Source: Candidatus Saccharimonadota bacterium | GTDB lineage: Bacteria; Patescibacteriota; Saccharimonadia; Saccharimonadales; Saccharimonadaceae | Length of the DNA stretch: 64,000 nucleotides | Direction of reading: 5' to 3' | NCBI GenBank assembly: GCA_009785325.1 | Contig: WQWN01000003.1 | Location: 24,450 to 88,449 of the forward strand | Made by a program: the position numbers and the translations under genes | The notes under the pieces: model-generated | What the model was told of the DNA's origin: nothing | Databases searched by the model: none | The model's input: the letters and a program-made list of their open reading frames with translations, nothing else | Part shown: positions 1-9,365 of the stretch, piece after piece | Layout of the letters: each line of letters starts with the position of its first letter | How positions within the stretch are numbered: position 1 is the stretch's first letter

Positions 1-206
1 CCCTCATACCTTAGTTCCGCTAACTCATTATTCATCTCCGCAGCGAGTGTCCGCAAGCTCTCAACCTCATTCCTTTGATCTATAAACTTCCAAACAAAAA
101 CTCCTGTTGCCACCGCCAGACAAACTACTATAATACTTAAAACTGCCATCAATTTACACTTCTTACCCTCTTTTCTCCCTCGTATAGCTTGCTCTTCTTG
201 CACCAT
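1..206 (-). CDS. hypothetical small membrane-anchored protein; its 3' end runs off the window
   Basis: ATG (rc of 204-206) is preceded by GGAGG (rc of 210-214) and TATAAT (rc of 229-234). My translation is MVQEEQAIRGRKEGKKCKLMAVLSIIVVCLAVATGVFVWKFIDQRNEVESL..., with one hydrophobic helix. Not in the supplied ORF track. Confidence 0.35.
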   Translation of the reverse strand, partial: MVQEEQAIRGRKEGKKCKLMAVLSIIVVCLAVATGVFVWKFIDQRNEVESLRTLAAEMNNELAELRYE

Positions 207-356
207 TAACCTCCTTATACTTTTCTTCATTATACTTATAACTTCACTATACCCCTACACCTATTTTATTCAGTTCCTCAATTACCCGCGCCGTCCCTTC
301 AGGAAATACCCCAGCTCAGACAACTCCTCTCTCACCTCTACCTCCTCACCCATTAC

Positions 357-1316
357 CTAATCCCTCTTCAACATCACCATAAACGCCTCACTCGGAATAT
401 CCACCTTCCCAATCCTTTTCATCCGTTTCTTCCCCTTCGCCTGCTTCGCCAGCAACTTCTTCTTCCGCGAAACATCCCCACCGTACAGATACCCCGTCAC
501 ATCCTTCCGAAACGCCCCGAGCGTCTCCCGCGCAATAAATTTCCCCCCAATCGCCGCCTGCAACGCCACCTCGAAATTCTGCCGCGGAATCACTTCCTTC
601 AATTTCTTCGTCATCTCTCGTCCCAGCGCCAAAGTTTCCGACCGATGCGCCATCACAGATAATGCCGACACCATCTCGCCAGCCACATAAAAATCCACCC
701 TCACCAAATCCTCCGCCCGATAATCATCCAACTCATAATTAAACGTCCCATACCCACTCGTCACACTCTTCAGCTGATCATAAAAATCCGTCAACAAATT
801 CGCCATCGGCGCCTCAAAACTAACAAGCGCCCGCCCCTCAATATACCCCAAATTCTTCTGCACCCCCCGCTTCGCCACCACCAACTGTATAACTACGCCT
901 ACATATTCTTTCGGCACAATTATCTCACCCTTGATCCAAGGCTCACGAATCTCAGCCACCTTCGACACATCCGGCAGGTCCGACGCCGACTTAATATCCA
1001 ATTCCTCCCCGCTACTGAGAGTCACATGATAATCCGTCGAAGGATTCGTCACAATCAAATCCAGATCAAACTCCCGCTCCAGTCTCTCCTTAATTATATC
1101 CATATGCAAAAGCCCAAGGAAACCAATCCTCATCCCATATCCCAAAACTGGCGAATTCTCCGGCTCAAACTGTAGCGCCGAATCCGACAACGCCAACCTC
1201 TCCACCGCCTCCTTTAGGTCCTTATACTGATCATTCGACACCGTAAAAAACCCCGCATAAACAAACGGTTTAACTTCCTTATACCCCGGCAACGGCTCGA
1301 CAATTACTCTACCCAT
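357..1316 (-). CDS. lepA: elongation factor 4 (LepA), C-terminal half only (domains III, V and the LepA C-terminal domain)
   Basis: LPGYKEVKPFVYAGFF, GFLGLLHMDIIKERLEREFDLDLI and YGGDVSRKKKLLAKQAKGKKRMKRIGKVDIP match canonical LepA from about residue 290 to the C-terminus. It has its own ATG. Confidence 0.9.
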   Translation of the reverse strand: MGRVIVEPLPGYKEVKPFVYAGFFTVSNDQYKDLKEAVERLALSDSALQFEPENSPVLGYGMRIGFLGLLHMDIIKERLEREFDLDLIVTNPSTDYHVTLSSGEELDIKSASDLPDVSKVAEIREPWIKGEIIVPKEYVGVVIQLVVAKRGVQKNLGYIEGRALVSFEAPMANLLTDFYDQLKSVTSGYGTFNYELDDYRAEDLVRVDFYVAGEMVSALSVMAHRSETLALGREMTKKLKEVIPRQNFEVALQAAIGGKFIARETLGAFRKDVTGYLYGGDVSRKKKLLAKQAKGKKRMKRIGKVDIPSEAFMVMLKRD

Positions 1317-1325
1317 CTGACATCT

Positions 1326-1334
1326 ATTCTACCA
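1326..1334 (-). promoter_or_regulatory. extended -10 (TGGTAGAAT) 9 nt upstream of the lepA C-fragment ATG; leaderless-type
   Basis: The rc of attctacca at 1326-1334. The ATG is at 1316 with no SD between them. Confidence 0.5.
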
Positions 1335-1371
1335 CCTCTATTTCACCCCTACAACTCCACCAGGTGCGTTA

Positions 1372-1794
1372 TCACAACTCGAAATCTTCCAACGTCAGAT
1401 TACAATAATACTTCCCTCGCCTCGCCGTAAATTTCAACACACAATAATCAGGATCCGTCACTCCCTCCGCATAATAAATATGATCTCCCCTCTTCCACAC
1501 TTCCTTCTTCACCGCCTCATCCTCCAACACCTCCATTTTCCCCACCAACATCACCCCTTGATACTTCCACGGTCTCTGCTCATAAAAATAAATGCAAGCC
1601 TTCGGATTTTCTCGCCACTGCTTCACCCTCTCCGAACTCGTATTTGTCGTAAACCAAAACTCCCGCACACCACTCCGCTTTCTTGGTGGCAGCATCGCCT
1701 TCATATTCGGAAAACCCTCTCCGTCCACCGACCCCACAAAAGCCACCTTCGACTTCGCCACCAACTTCTCTACTTTCTTAATCACACTACTCAC
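1372..1794 (-). CDS. pyridoxamine 5'-phosphate oxidase-like FMN-binding split-barrel protein
   Basis: The 140-aa length and the pattern VAFVGSVDGEGFPNMKAM...CIYFY...GVMLVGKMEVLED are typical of the PNPOx / general-stress-26 family. Confidence 0.6.
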   Translation of the reverse strand: MSSVIKKVEKLVAKSKVAFVGSVDGEGFPNMKAMLPPRKRSGVREFWFTTNTSSERVKQWRENPKACIYFYEQRPWKYQGVMLVGKMEVLEDEAVKKEVWKRGDHIYYAEGVTDPDYCVLKFTARRGKYYCNLTLEDFEL

Positions 1795-2468
1795 TTCCTC
1801 ACCCCCAGCTCTTCCTCCACTTCACCCATCCGAATCCCCTCCTCCTTCAACCACTCTGCCATCTCCAAAAACACCCCTTCGAACTGCCCCTTCTCGATCC
1901 CATGTACCACCCACGCCTTCCCTAGTGTCAAATTCCCCGCCGCACGCATTTCCAACCTCCGCGACTCCATCCACTCTTCCTCCCGTGGCGTCTCATAATC
2001 CGTCCACCCCTCCTCATCAGCTACCTTCATCTGTAGCACATTCTCCAGTTTATCTATCTGATTACAGAACCTCGCCTCAGCCGACCTATTCTCCTCAAAC
2101 TCCAAAAACAACCCCATCAAATCCTCACCCACACCGAGCATCCCACGGATCTTATCCATCGCCGCATGCTCCATCGCAAATTTATCCTCCTCACTCACTC
2201 CACACCCAGGTGTAATATCCCCAGTAATCGCCTCGCATAATTCATGCGTCGCCAGCATCATCATCACCCGATTCAAATCCACTTCAATATCAAACTCACT
2301 CGCCATCGCAATCGCCAGCATCTGCGTCCCATAAACATGCTCCGCCACACTCTCCATTCGCGGCGCTTTCACACCCCAGACCACCGCACCACTCCGAATT
2401 ACCTCCTTCAATCTCGCCGCCAAAACCCAAAACTCCACCACTCGTCGCTTCTTATCCTTCATTTTCAT
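1791..2468 (-). CDS. HD-domain phosphohydrolase (YfbR-like 5'-deoxynucleotidase family)
   Basis: ESVAEHVYGTQMLA ... LATHELCEAITGDITP matches the metal-binding motif pattern of HD_3 proteins. Confidence 0.6.
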   Translation of the reverse strand: MKMKDKKRRVVEFWVLAARLKEVIRSGAVVWGVKAPRMESVAEHVYGTQMLAIAMASEFDIEVDLNRVMMMLATHELCEAITGDITPGCGVSEEDKFAMEHAAMDKIRGMLGVGEDLMGLFLEFEENRSAEARFCNQIDKLENVLQMKVADEEGWTDYETPREEEWMESRRLEMRAAGNLTLGKAWVVHGIEKGQFEGVFLEMAEWLKEEGIRMGEVEEELGVRK

Positions 2469-3066
2469 CCTTCCTCGCCGCGATCATCGCGCGATATTCT
2501 TTATTTGACACCAAACTCCCTTTCTCAATGAAATCCGTAAACAACTTCCCCTCCAAATGATCCACTTCATGCTGCAAAACATGCGCCACGAACCCACTCA
2601 CCACCTCCTCACATTCTTCTCCACCCCGATCCAAATACTTCACTTTCACCTTCTTAAATCTCATCACCTGCGCCATCGCTGGCTCACCATTCTCATCTTG
2701 CGCCGTACTTACACATCCTTCCCACATCAACTTCGGCTCTCCGTAAGTCTCCACGATCTCCGCATTCACCAGCACCTTCTCAAAAACCTTCCGATTCGGT
2801 CGCACAAGCGTCGGCTTGATCGCGATCACACTGATCGCCATCGATTCCCCCACTTGGTTCGCGCTCAGTCCCACTCCATACTCATTTTCATCGCACGTAA
2901 ACTTAATATCATCAATCAAGCTCTGAATCACCTCTGATCTCACTTCTTCCTCTGTCAACTTCCGACACTTTTGACGCAAAGCCTCATCCCCCGCACCCAC
3001 CAACTTCAACATCTTCGGCCCCCTTCTATCTTCAAAGCCTCCCTCTCTAGATTCTTCCAGCTTCAT
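2452..3066 (-). CDS. def: peptide deformylase
   Basis: All three Def motifs are present: GVGLSANQVG, EGCVS and QHEVDHLEG. Confidence 0.9.
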   Translation of the reverse strand: MKLEESREGGFEDRRGPKMLKLVGAGDEALRQKCRKLTEEEVRSEVIQSLIDDIKFTCDENEYGVGLSANQVGESMAISVIAIKPTLVRPNRKVFEKVLVNAEIVETYGEPKLMWEGCVSTAQDENGEPAMAQVMRFKKVKVKYLDRGGEECEEVVSGFVAHVLQHEVDHLEGKLFTDFIEKGSLVSNKEYRAMIAARKDENEG

Positions 3067-3073
3067 GCACTAC

Positions 3074-3079
3074 ATTATA
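3074..3079 (-). promoter_or_regulatory. -10 TATAAT 7 nt upstream of the def ATG (leaderless-type)
   Basis: The rc of attata at 3074-3079. It lies directly after the terminator at 3090-3122. Confidence 0.5.
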
Positions 3080-3089
3080 CACTCCTTCT

Positions 3090-3122
3090 ATAAAAATGAG
3101 CCGCATTTTTCGAATGCGGCTC
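3090..3122 (-). terminator. intrinsic terminator (10-bp perfect stem GAGCCGCATT/AATGCGGCTC, 5-nt loop, followed by a T-tract on the minus strand)
   Basis: Stem 3098-3107 pairs with 3113-3122. The minus-strand continuation is ATTTTTAT (rc of 3090-3097). Confidence 0.75.
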
Positions 3123-3514
3123 GATGCGTGTTTTTATGCAGAAACACACAAAACTTTTTCGGGAAAAGATTTCATCATCAACCTCATAGACGCAGCCAAC
3201 AAACCACGTTTTATCCATGAAACTATCCAACTTCCTGCTTCGCCCTCGCACGCCCTACTTCCGAACATTCCAGGCGCCGTTCCCGCTCTCCGATTTTCTT
3301 TTATATAGAAAACCTCGACCACGCGACCGCCCTACTCAACCCAACTCCAACATGTTGCTGCTAGTATCTTCCGACCAAGCCGTATCCGCTGTTCTATCGC
3401 AAAAAATCTCGTCAGACTCTTCACTTCTCCAACTTCAACGCAGACCGTAGAACCTCTCTAGCTACTAGAGTTTTCTTTGTAAAGCCTTTCACGCAGCTCC
3501 GGTACGCCGACAGA

Positions 3515-4138
3515 TTACGCTGATTCTTTGTTAAGTCTTTTCTGATGACACACAATCTCCGCGTCAATCACAACAGGATCGTGAACCGTCCCACGAAACA
3601 CTTTTCTCGTAGTCGTAACTCCAAATTCAGAAGTATTAAACCCATATCCTGAGGTATCAACACCCCCAAGCCCAATCAGGCCAAATTTACCACCTTTACT
3701 GACCTTACATAATGCCAATCTCGCTTGCGCCGGTCTTCTCGTGAAATGATCTTCCCGAATGAAGGGATCGTCTGTCGCCGACGCCCACACTATTTCGATA
3801 CTGTCGTAGTTCTTCAAAACAAACTTTCCCGCCCGACAGTCAAACAATCCTCTGTTTCCATTCGGCATTATCACAGGCACAAATTGCGCGCCTTCCTGTT
3901 CATGTAAAAACCTGAACTTACCAAACGGCAAAATAATCTTGTTAACAACCTCCGGGCCATCTTCAATTCTTATCACTCCTTGCAGCTCATCTCTCTGCAA
4001 AATCAGAAACTTCACATGTATCATAGTGCAGGATCTTTCGAACATCCCCCTTACGTCGATCTTGTTACGCGTTCCAGCACCTATTTCAGCAAGTACCCTC
4101 GTCCCTTCTGGCAGTTTCATCTCTTCCCTCCTTGTCAA
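3515..4138 (-). CDS. hypothetical protein (207 aa), no recognisable family
   Basis: Long ORF with an AGGAGGGAAGAG SD-like run before the ATG. Its G/C composition is balanced, unlike the flanking genes. Confidence 0.5.
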   Translation of the reverse strand: MTRREEMKLPEGTRVLAEIGAGTRNKIDVRGMFERSCTMIHVKFLILQRDELQGVIRIEDGPEVVNKIILPFGKFRFLHEQEGAQFVPVIMPNGNRGLFDCRAGKFVLKNYDSIEIVWASATDDPFIREDHFTRRPAQARLALCKVSKGGKFGLIGLGGVDTSGYGFNTSEFGVTTTRKVFRGTVHDPVVIDAEIVCHQKRLNKESA

Positions 4139-4325
4139 CGTGCAAATTTCTTCTGCCTCCAGAATACAGGTGACTTTATCTCAACGCAAGCACGAGCATC
4201 AATAGCAGAGATCCTTATTTGCGCCTATCTTTTCCGCTCTGACTACTCCGCCGTGACCTATTCACATACACAAACCCCACCGCTAACGCCCCCATGATCC
4301 CTAGCCACAAAACTCCCCACCACAT

Positions 4326-5012
4326 CTACTTCTCCTCCTTGTTTTGTTCCAAAATCTCTCCATTCCGCAATCTTGCCCAGTACTTACCCACCACTTTCAC
4401 ATCTTCACCATCAACGACCACTGCACTCCAATCCGACAAAGTATAAACATCCCAATCCACATTCCTAGAAATATCAAAAACTACCACATCTTTCTCATCT
4501 GCCATCAAATTCCCTCCTCGCAGATGCGGCAAAATCGAAAAATCTAACAATTCCAAATATCGCCCCACACCCCAGTCGTCAAACTCACCAAACACTTGCC
4601 TCTGCCATTCCGCACTCACCATCTTACCCAAAATCATCGACCCCGCCGAACTCCCACACCACACTTTTTCCTTTAATAGCTCCGGCAGAATCTCCGAAAA
4701 CCCCGTCTTGTCAAAAACCGTCTTCAGATACTCCGTATTTCCACCAAAACAAAAAATCGCATCGGCTTCACTAATGCGCTCTTGTACCTTATCCAGCGGC
4801 AATGCTAATAAGTTCACTAACTCAAACCCACCAAAACGATGCTTCAAAAAATGCATTCCATCCACAAAAAATGAATTGTCGCCATGCTCGACTGCCACTG
4901 CCTCATTTATCACTGCGAATCTTATCTTCTTCGCAGGTTTTCCGACCAGCTCCTCTAGCTCTCTCGTCTCATCCAGACCCGTAAAATCCGACGAAAACAA
5001 AATCGCCTTCAC
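4326..5012 (-). CDS. peptidase S51 (dipeptidase E-like) family protein
   Basis: FCFGGNTEYL ... CGSSAGSMILG matches the nucleophile-elbow pattern of S51. The GTG start is 2 nt after the lepA N-fragment stop, with the SD inside the lepA end. Confidence 0.7.
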   Translation of the reverse strand: MKAILFSSDFTGLDETRELEELVGKPAKKIRFAVINEAVAVEHGDNSFFVDGMHFLKHRFGGFELVNLLALPLDKVQERISEADAIFCFGGNTEYLKTVFDKTGFSEILPELLKEKVWCGSSAGSMILGKMVSAEWQRQVFGEFDDWGVGRYLELLDFSILPHLRGGNLMADEKDVVVFDISRNVDWDVYTLSDWSAVVVDGEDVKVVGKYWARLRNGEILEQNKEEK

Positions 5013-5014
5013 CC

Positions 5015-5983
5015 CTACTTCCCCTCTCCGAAATACTTCTTCAAACTCACCGTATCTCCCACTCGCGCATCCCGCGTCGTCTTCAAATTCGTCACGATAT
5101 ACCCAATTTCTCCTGTCCCTAACTCATCCATCGGCATCATCCCTGGGCTCAACTTCCCAATCTCCAACGCCAACCCTGAAACCTCCGCCGCCATCATCCG
5201 CACCGCATCCCCCTTTCTCAACTTCCCATCCACTACCCTCACATAAAGCACTACTCCGCGATAATCATCATAATACGAATCAAAAATCAACGCCCGTAAA
5301 GGCCCTTCCGTATCACCAGTAGGCGCAGGTACTCGCTCCACCACCGCATCCAACACCTCTTTCACCCCCATTCCCGTCTTCGCCGAAATCTTCAAAATCT
5401 CATCCTCCCCACACCCCAACAAATTCATCACCTCCTTCGAAATCTTCGGCACATCCGCCGCTGGCAGGTCAATTTTATTTAGCACAGGAATTATCTTCAA
5501 ATCCTGCTCCATCGCCAGATATACATTCGCCAAAGTCTGCGCCTGAATCCCCTGACTCGCATCCACCACCAGAATCGCCCCCTCGCACGCCTGCAAACTC
5601 CGACTCACTTCGTAACTAAAATCCACATGCCCTGGCGTATCAATCAAGTTCAGTTCATAACTACCATTCAACGATTTTATATCTTCGATACTATGCGAGG
5701 AATCAGGAGTAGCGGAGTGAGCGGTATTTGACATACCGCGATCGAGCAACGCATCTGATGACAAAGTAGAGTGCGAAGCTACGAAATCGTACTTCATCCT
5801 CACCGGCGTCAATTTTATCGTAATCCCCTTCTCCCTCTCCAGCTCCATCGAATCTAGTAGCTGCTCTTTCATCTCTCGCTTATCCACCGTTGACGTCATC
5901 TCCATCATTCTGTCCGCCAGCGTCGACTTCCCATGATCAATATGCGCAATTATGCAAAAATTTCTGATCCGATCCAAACTCAC
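5015..5983 (-). CDS. lepA: elongation factor 4 (LepA), N-terminal half only (GTPase domain plus domain II), carrying a ~35-aa insert
   Basis: [30 protein letters not shown] and LNKIDLP are present. It ends ...[17 protein letters not shown], at the domain II/III linker. Confidence 0.9.
   Translation of the reverse strand: MSLDRIRNFCIIAHIDHGKSTLADRMMEMTSTVDKREMKEQLLDSMELEREKGITIKLTPVRMKYDFVASHSTLSSDALLDRGMSNTAHSATPDSSHSIEDIKSLNGSYELNLIDTPGHVDFSYEVSRSLQACEGAILVVDASQGIQAQTLANVYLAMEQDLKIIPVLNKIDLPAADVPKISKEVMNLLGCGEDEILKISAKTGMGVKEVLDAVVERVPAPTGDTEGPLRALIFDSYYDDYRGVVLYVRVVDGKLRKGDAVRMMAAEVSGLALEIGKLSPGMMPMDELGTGEIGYIVTNLKTTRDARVGDTVSLKKYFGEGK
5669..5773. repeat. in-frame, bias-breaking insert in the LepA GTPase domain (putative RPE/MITE-like coding insertion)
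   Basis: Encodes [35 protein letters not shown] between conserved KYDF.. and ..[11 protein letters not shown]. It is G-rich on the + strand, unlike its surroundings. It shares AGCTACGAAA (5777-5786) with the insert at 36613-36750. Confidence 0.45.
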
Positions 5984-7608
5984 TTCGCTCTCCTCGCTAC
6001 AGCTTTTTTAACTCTATTCACCACCGGCACCATTTCTTCCAGCTTCAGCAACCAACTCAGTCCTACGTAAACCCCCAGACTCACTCCAGCAATCAACGCA
6101 AACCTCGGGAAAGTATCCCAAAAACTCGGCTCATCTGCAAGCAGCGGCATCATCCTCGTCATTCCATACGCCACCATTCCCGCCAGCGCACTAGCAATCA
6201 CCATCTTACTACCCGCTCGCCAAAACTCTTGATTCAAAAGTCCTCTTTCGCGCCGACCCAAAATCACCGCCAATATCACCACTTCCAATAGTGCCGTAAT
6301 CGATTGAGCTATCGCCATCCCATACACCCCCATTCCCCACCTCAGTGCAAAAGTTATCGCCAACCCGATATTAAGTGCGACGACAAACACCGACACAAGC
6401 AGCGGCGTCCGCGTATCCTGCCTTGCATAAAAACTCCTCGACAAAATATGATAGACCGACCTCGCAAACAAACTCACTACTAGCGCCCCCAAAATCCCCG
6501 CAATTACAGGATCACCGCCCACCACGATAAAGTTCACTACATACCCACGCGTAAAATAAGTAATTGCCGCTACAGGCATCGCGATCCAAATAATCGTCCG
6601 TATCGCCATCCGCACCGTCCGTCGAAACTCTTCAATTCTTCCCCCACTCAGATCCTCCGTCATCTTCGGGAAAAACGCCGTACTGATCGCCACCCCGACC
6701 AGATTCACAGGCATCATATGTAGCGCGAGCGCCTGCTGATACATCCTCACACTTCCACTTGCCATTCGACTCGCAATATTAATTTCCACCAGACCCTTCA
6801 CATAATCCAGTCCCTGATGCAAACTCCTCGCAGGCAACAACTTCAAAACCCGCCGAAAACCATGATTTCGCCAATTAATCACAAATTCATAATCAAATCC
6901 CAGCCCCACAAGTCCGATCACACTCACCACCAGCTGCATCGCCGCTCCCAAAACCACTCCTAACGCCACTCCCATAATTCCTCCCTCAAACACCTGCCAC
7001 CCAAAGATATTTATTCCCCCCGTAAACCAAACTATCCCGATGATAATCCCAATATTATAAATCGCCGGCGCCAACGCCGAAAATACAAACCTCCCCACCG
7101 CCTGTTGCATACTCGCAATCACCGTCGCTATAGCAAAAAGAAACGGATTGATCGCAATCACCCTCATCATACTAATCGCCAGCGCCCGCGTCGCCTCATC
7201 AAACCCCGCCCCTACCACATACGTCACCAGTGACTCCGCGAAAATAATAATCAAAACACTCGCCACTAGCGTAATGATCGCAAACAAATTCAGCAAACTC
7301 GACGACAATTCCCATGCCGCTCTCCGTTGCCCTGCTGCCATTCGCTGATTAAACACAGGTATGAACGTCACCGCCAGCGCCCCACTCACCAAAATAAAGA
7401 ACATAAAATCAGGAATCACAAACGCCGCAGTGTACGCATCTGCTCCTGTCGGATAAGTATGTAGATAGTTCGCGTTAAACAACCGATCTCGAAAAATCCC
7501 GAGAAGCGCCGAAACAAACGTCGAGCTCGCCAACACCATCGCCGCGACTTTAATCGATAGCTTTGCATTCGCCTTATCCACGACATTCTTAAGATTTACT
7601 TTCTGCAT
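5980..7608 (-). CDS. murJ: lipid II flippase MurJ/MviN
   Basis: 542-aa polytopic membrane protein. The N-terminal segment [21 protein letters not shown] and the overall architecture are typical of MurJ. Confidence 0.85.
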   Translation of the reverse strand: MQKVNLKNVVDKANAKLSIKVAAMVLASSTFVSALLGIFRDRLFNANYLHTYPTGADAYTAAFVIPDFMFFILVSGALAVTFIPVFNQRMAAGQRRAAWELSSSLLNLFAIITLVASVLIIIFAESLVTYVVGAGFDEATRALAISMMRVIAINPFLFAIATVIASMQQAVGRFVFSALAPAIYNIGIIIGIVWFTGGINIFGWQVFEGGIMGVALGVVLGAAMQLVVSVIGLVGLGFDYEFVINWRNHGFRRVLKLLPARSLHQGLDYVKGLVEINIASRMASGSVRMYQQALALHMMPVNLVGVAISTAFFPKMTEDLSGGRIEEFRRTVRMAIRTIIWIAMPVAAITYFTRGYVVNFIVVGGDPVIAGILGALVVSLFARSVYHILSRSFYARQDTRTPLLVSVFVVALNIGLAITFALRWGMGVYGMAIAQSITALLEVVILAVILGRRERGLLNQEFWRAGSKMVIASALAGMVAYGMTRMMPLLADEPSFWDTFPRFALIAGVSLGVYVGLSWLLKLEEMVPVVNRVKKAVARRAK

Positions 7609-7617
7609 CCTCTTTTA

Positions 7618-7623
7618 ATTCTA
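7618..7623 (-). promoter_or_regulatory. -10 TAGAAT 9 nt upstream of the murJ ATG
   Basis: The rc of attcta at 7618-7623. Confidence 0.4.
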
Positions 7624-7674
7624 CACCAATCCACCCCCAGTTCAAAAAGCAAATCTTAGCTCTATAAAACTAGA

Positions 7675-8127
7675 CTATTTTGCCAAAACTCCCACCGCTT
7701 CAGGCGCCTCCATCTCATCCGCAAAAAACATACTATACCTCTCTGTATTGAACCTCAGTAAATAGAAATTCGGATCTTCAGGCCCACTCCACATCCCCGC
7801 CATCGGCTCAAACCAATTCTCCTTTTTCACATCCATATCCTCCACTACCTCCACTGTCCCTACGAGATTTATATTATACCCACTCGAACTCAGACAAATA
7901 CTCGCACGGTTATTCTTCGCGATTCGCTTTGCCTTGTTACTGTCTGGACTAGTAGCTAACGTAATCCACTTTATTCCGTCCGCCCTCGCAATCGTAAACG
8001 TCGAACTTGTCGGATACCCATCTTCGTCAATCAAAGAAATCACTGCGCACCCTTCCATCCCACCGCCAATATATCCCGACTTCGAACTAATCAATTCACT
8101 CGCTCGCTCAATCACTTTTTCACTCAT
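7675..8127 (-). CDS. pyridoxamine 5'-phosphate oxidase-like family protein
   Basis: A split-barrel-like pattern (ASICLSS..INLVGTVEVVEDMDVKKENW). The start was chosen at the ATG 5 nt after GGAGG (rc of 8133-8137) rather than the track start at 8148. Confidence 0.55.
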   Translation of the reverse strand: MSEKVIERASELISSKSGYIGGGMEGCAVISLIDEDGYPTSSTFTIARADGIKWITLATSPDSNKAKRIAKNNRASICLSSSGYNINLVGTVEVVEDMDVKKENWFEPMAGMWSGPEDPNFYLLRFNTERYSMFFADEMEAPEAVGVLAK

Positions 8128-8183
8128 ACTACTCCTCCTTTTTCTCAACTATATCACACCCCCTCCACCAGTTCCGAATCAAG

Positions 8184-8192
8184 TGGTATAAT
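8184..8192 (+). promoter_or_regulatory. extended -10 TGGTATAAT upstream of pfkA
   Basis: Motif seen directly in the sequence. It is followed by a ~40-nt leader with an AAAGG SD. Confidence 0.5.
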
Positions 8193-8233
8193 GTTCCTAG
8201 TTCATCAACCAACATAAACAGAAAGGTTCAGGA

Positions 8234-9355
8234 ATGACAAAATTCAAAATTGGCATACTCACAGGCGGCGGCGACGCACCAGGATTAAACGCCGCAATCT
8301 ACGGCATCGTCAAAACTTGCCTCACACGATTAGACTGTGAAGTCATCGGCTACAAGCTCGGCTATCGCGGACTCTACGAAAACGATTTCGTCACCCTCAC
8401 CGACGAACGCATTTCTGGCATCCTCCATCGCGGCGGCACCATCCTTCGCAACTCCAACAAAGACAATCTTTTCAACTTCCCCATCACTGACGAACACGGC
8501 AACACCACCTACCAAGACGTCTCCAGCGTAGCTGTTGAGAATCTTCAAAAAGAAGGTGTCGAAATCCTCATTGTCCTCGGCGGCGATGGTACTCTCACTT
8601 CCGCCCGCGACTTCGCCCGAAAAGGCGTTCGTGTCATCGGCGTTCCGAAAACCATAGACAATGACCTCGCCTCCACTGACATCACTTTTGGCTTCGACAC
8701 TGCAGTCAATATTGTCACCGAAGCCCTAGGTCGACTCCACACCACCGCCGAGTCCCACCACCGCGTCATCATCACTGAAGTCATGGGCCGCAACGCAGGC
8801 TGGATTCCTCTCCACGCAGGTATCGCAGGTAGTGCCGACGTCATTCTCCTCCCCGAATTCCCATACGACATCCAAAAAATTGTCGCCAAAGTAAAATCCC
8901 GCTCAGAACAGGGCAAACATTTCACTATCATCGTCGCAGGCGAGGGAGCAAAACCAAAAGACGGAGATATTGTCGTCTCCCAAATCGTCAAAGACAGTCC
9001 TGACTCCGTTCGTCTCGGCGGCATTGCAGCCAAACTTGCTTACGACCTCACTCCTCTCATAGATCACGAAGTCCGCAGCGTCGCCCTCGGCCACACCCAG
9101 CGCGGCGGCGAAACTTCCGCTTTTGACCGCATCCTTTCCCTCCGCTACGCCCATCACGTCGCTACTATGATCGAACAGCAACAGTTCGGCCAAATGGCTA
9201 CTCTCAGAAACGGTAAAATGTGTAGTGAAAGCCTCGAAGACGTAGTCGGCAGTTCCGCAACCGGCAGCACCTCAAAAGGCACCAGTAAACCCGTCACCCC
9301 CGACCACGAACTCGTCCAAGTCGCCCTGGGGCTCGGCATCACTTTCGCCGACTAA
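8234..9355 (+). CDS. pfkA: 6-phosphofructokinase
   Basis: ILTGGGDAPGLNAAI, LGGDGT, PKTIDNDL, MGRNAGW and GHTQRGG are present. Confidence 0.9.
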   Translation: MTKFKIGILTGGGDAPGLNAAIYGIVKTCLTRLDCEVIGYKLGYRGLYENDFVTLTDERISGILHRGGTILRNSNKDNLFNFPITDEHGNTTYQDVSSVAVENLQKEGVEILIVLGGDGTLTSARDFARKGVRVIGVPKTIDNDLASTDITFGFDTAVNIVTEALGRLHTTAESHHRVIITEVMGRNAGWIPLHAGIAGSADVILLPEFPYDIQKIVAKVKSRSEQGKHFTIIVAGEGAKPKDGDIVVSQIVKDSPDSVRLGGIAAKLAYDLTPLIDHEVRSVALGHTQRGGETSAFDRILSLRYAHHVATMIEQQQFGQMATLRNGKMCSESLEDVVGSSATGSTSKGTSKPVTPDHELVQVALGLGITFAD

Positions 9356-9365
9356 CATCTCCCAC

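Noticed and set aside
1480-2215. Long + strand ORFs (172 and 207 aa) antisense to the PNPOx-like and HD genes.
   Set aside because: They are shadow ORFs. The G-poor strand rarely forms TAG or TGA, the products are low-complexity P/S/T/H-rich, and the opposite strand encodes recognisable proteins.
3123-3514. Known structured RNAs (tmRNA, RNase P RNA, SRP RNA, 6S) in the long non-coding stretch.
   Set aside because: I could not find the diagnostic cores on either strand: GGAAAGTCCGG for RNase P, GUCCGGAAGGAAGCAGC for SRP, or a tRNA-like 3' end for tmRNA. It is left as unassigned non-coding RNA or UTR.
5669-5773. Intein or self-splicing intron as an explanation for the inserts in lepA, tilS and ABC-F.
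   Set aside because: The inserts are 32-68 codons, far below mini-intein size. They lack the Cys/Ser...HN splice motifs and are too short for group I or group II intron cores. They are treated instead as in-frame repeat insertions.
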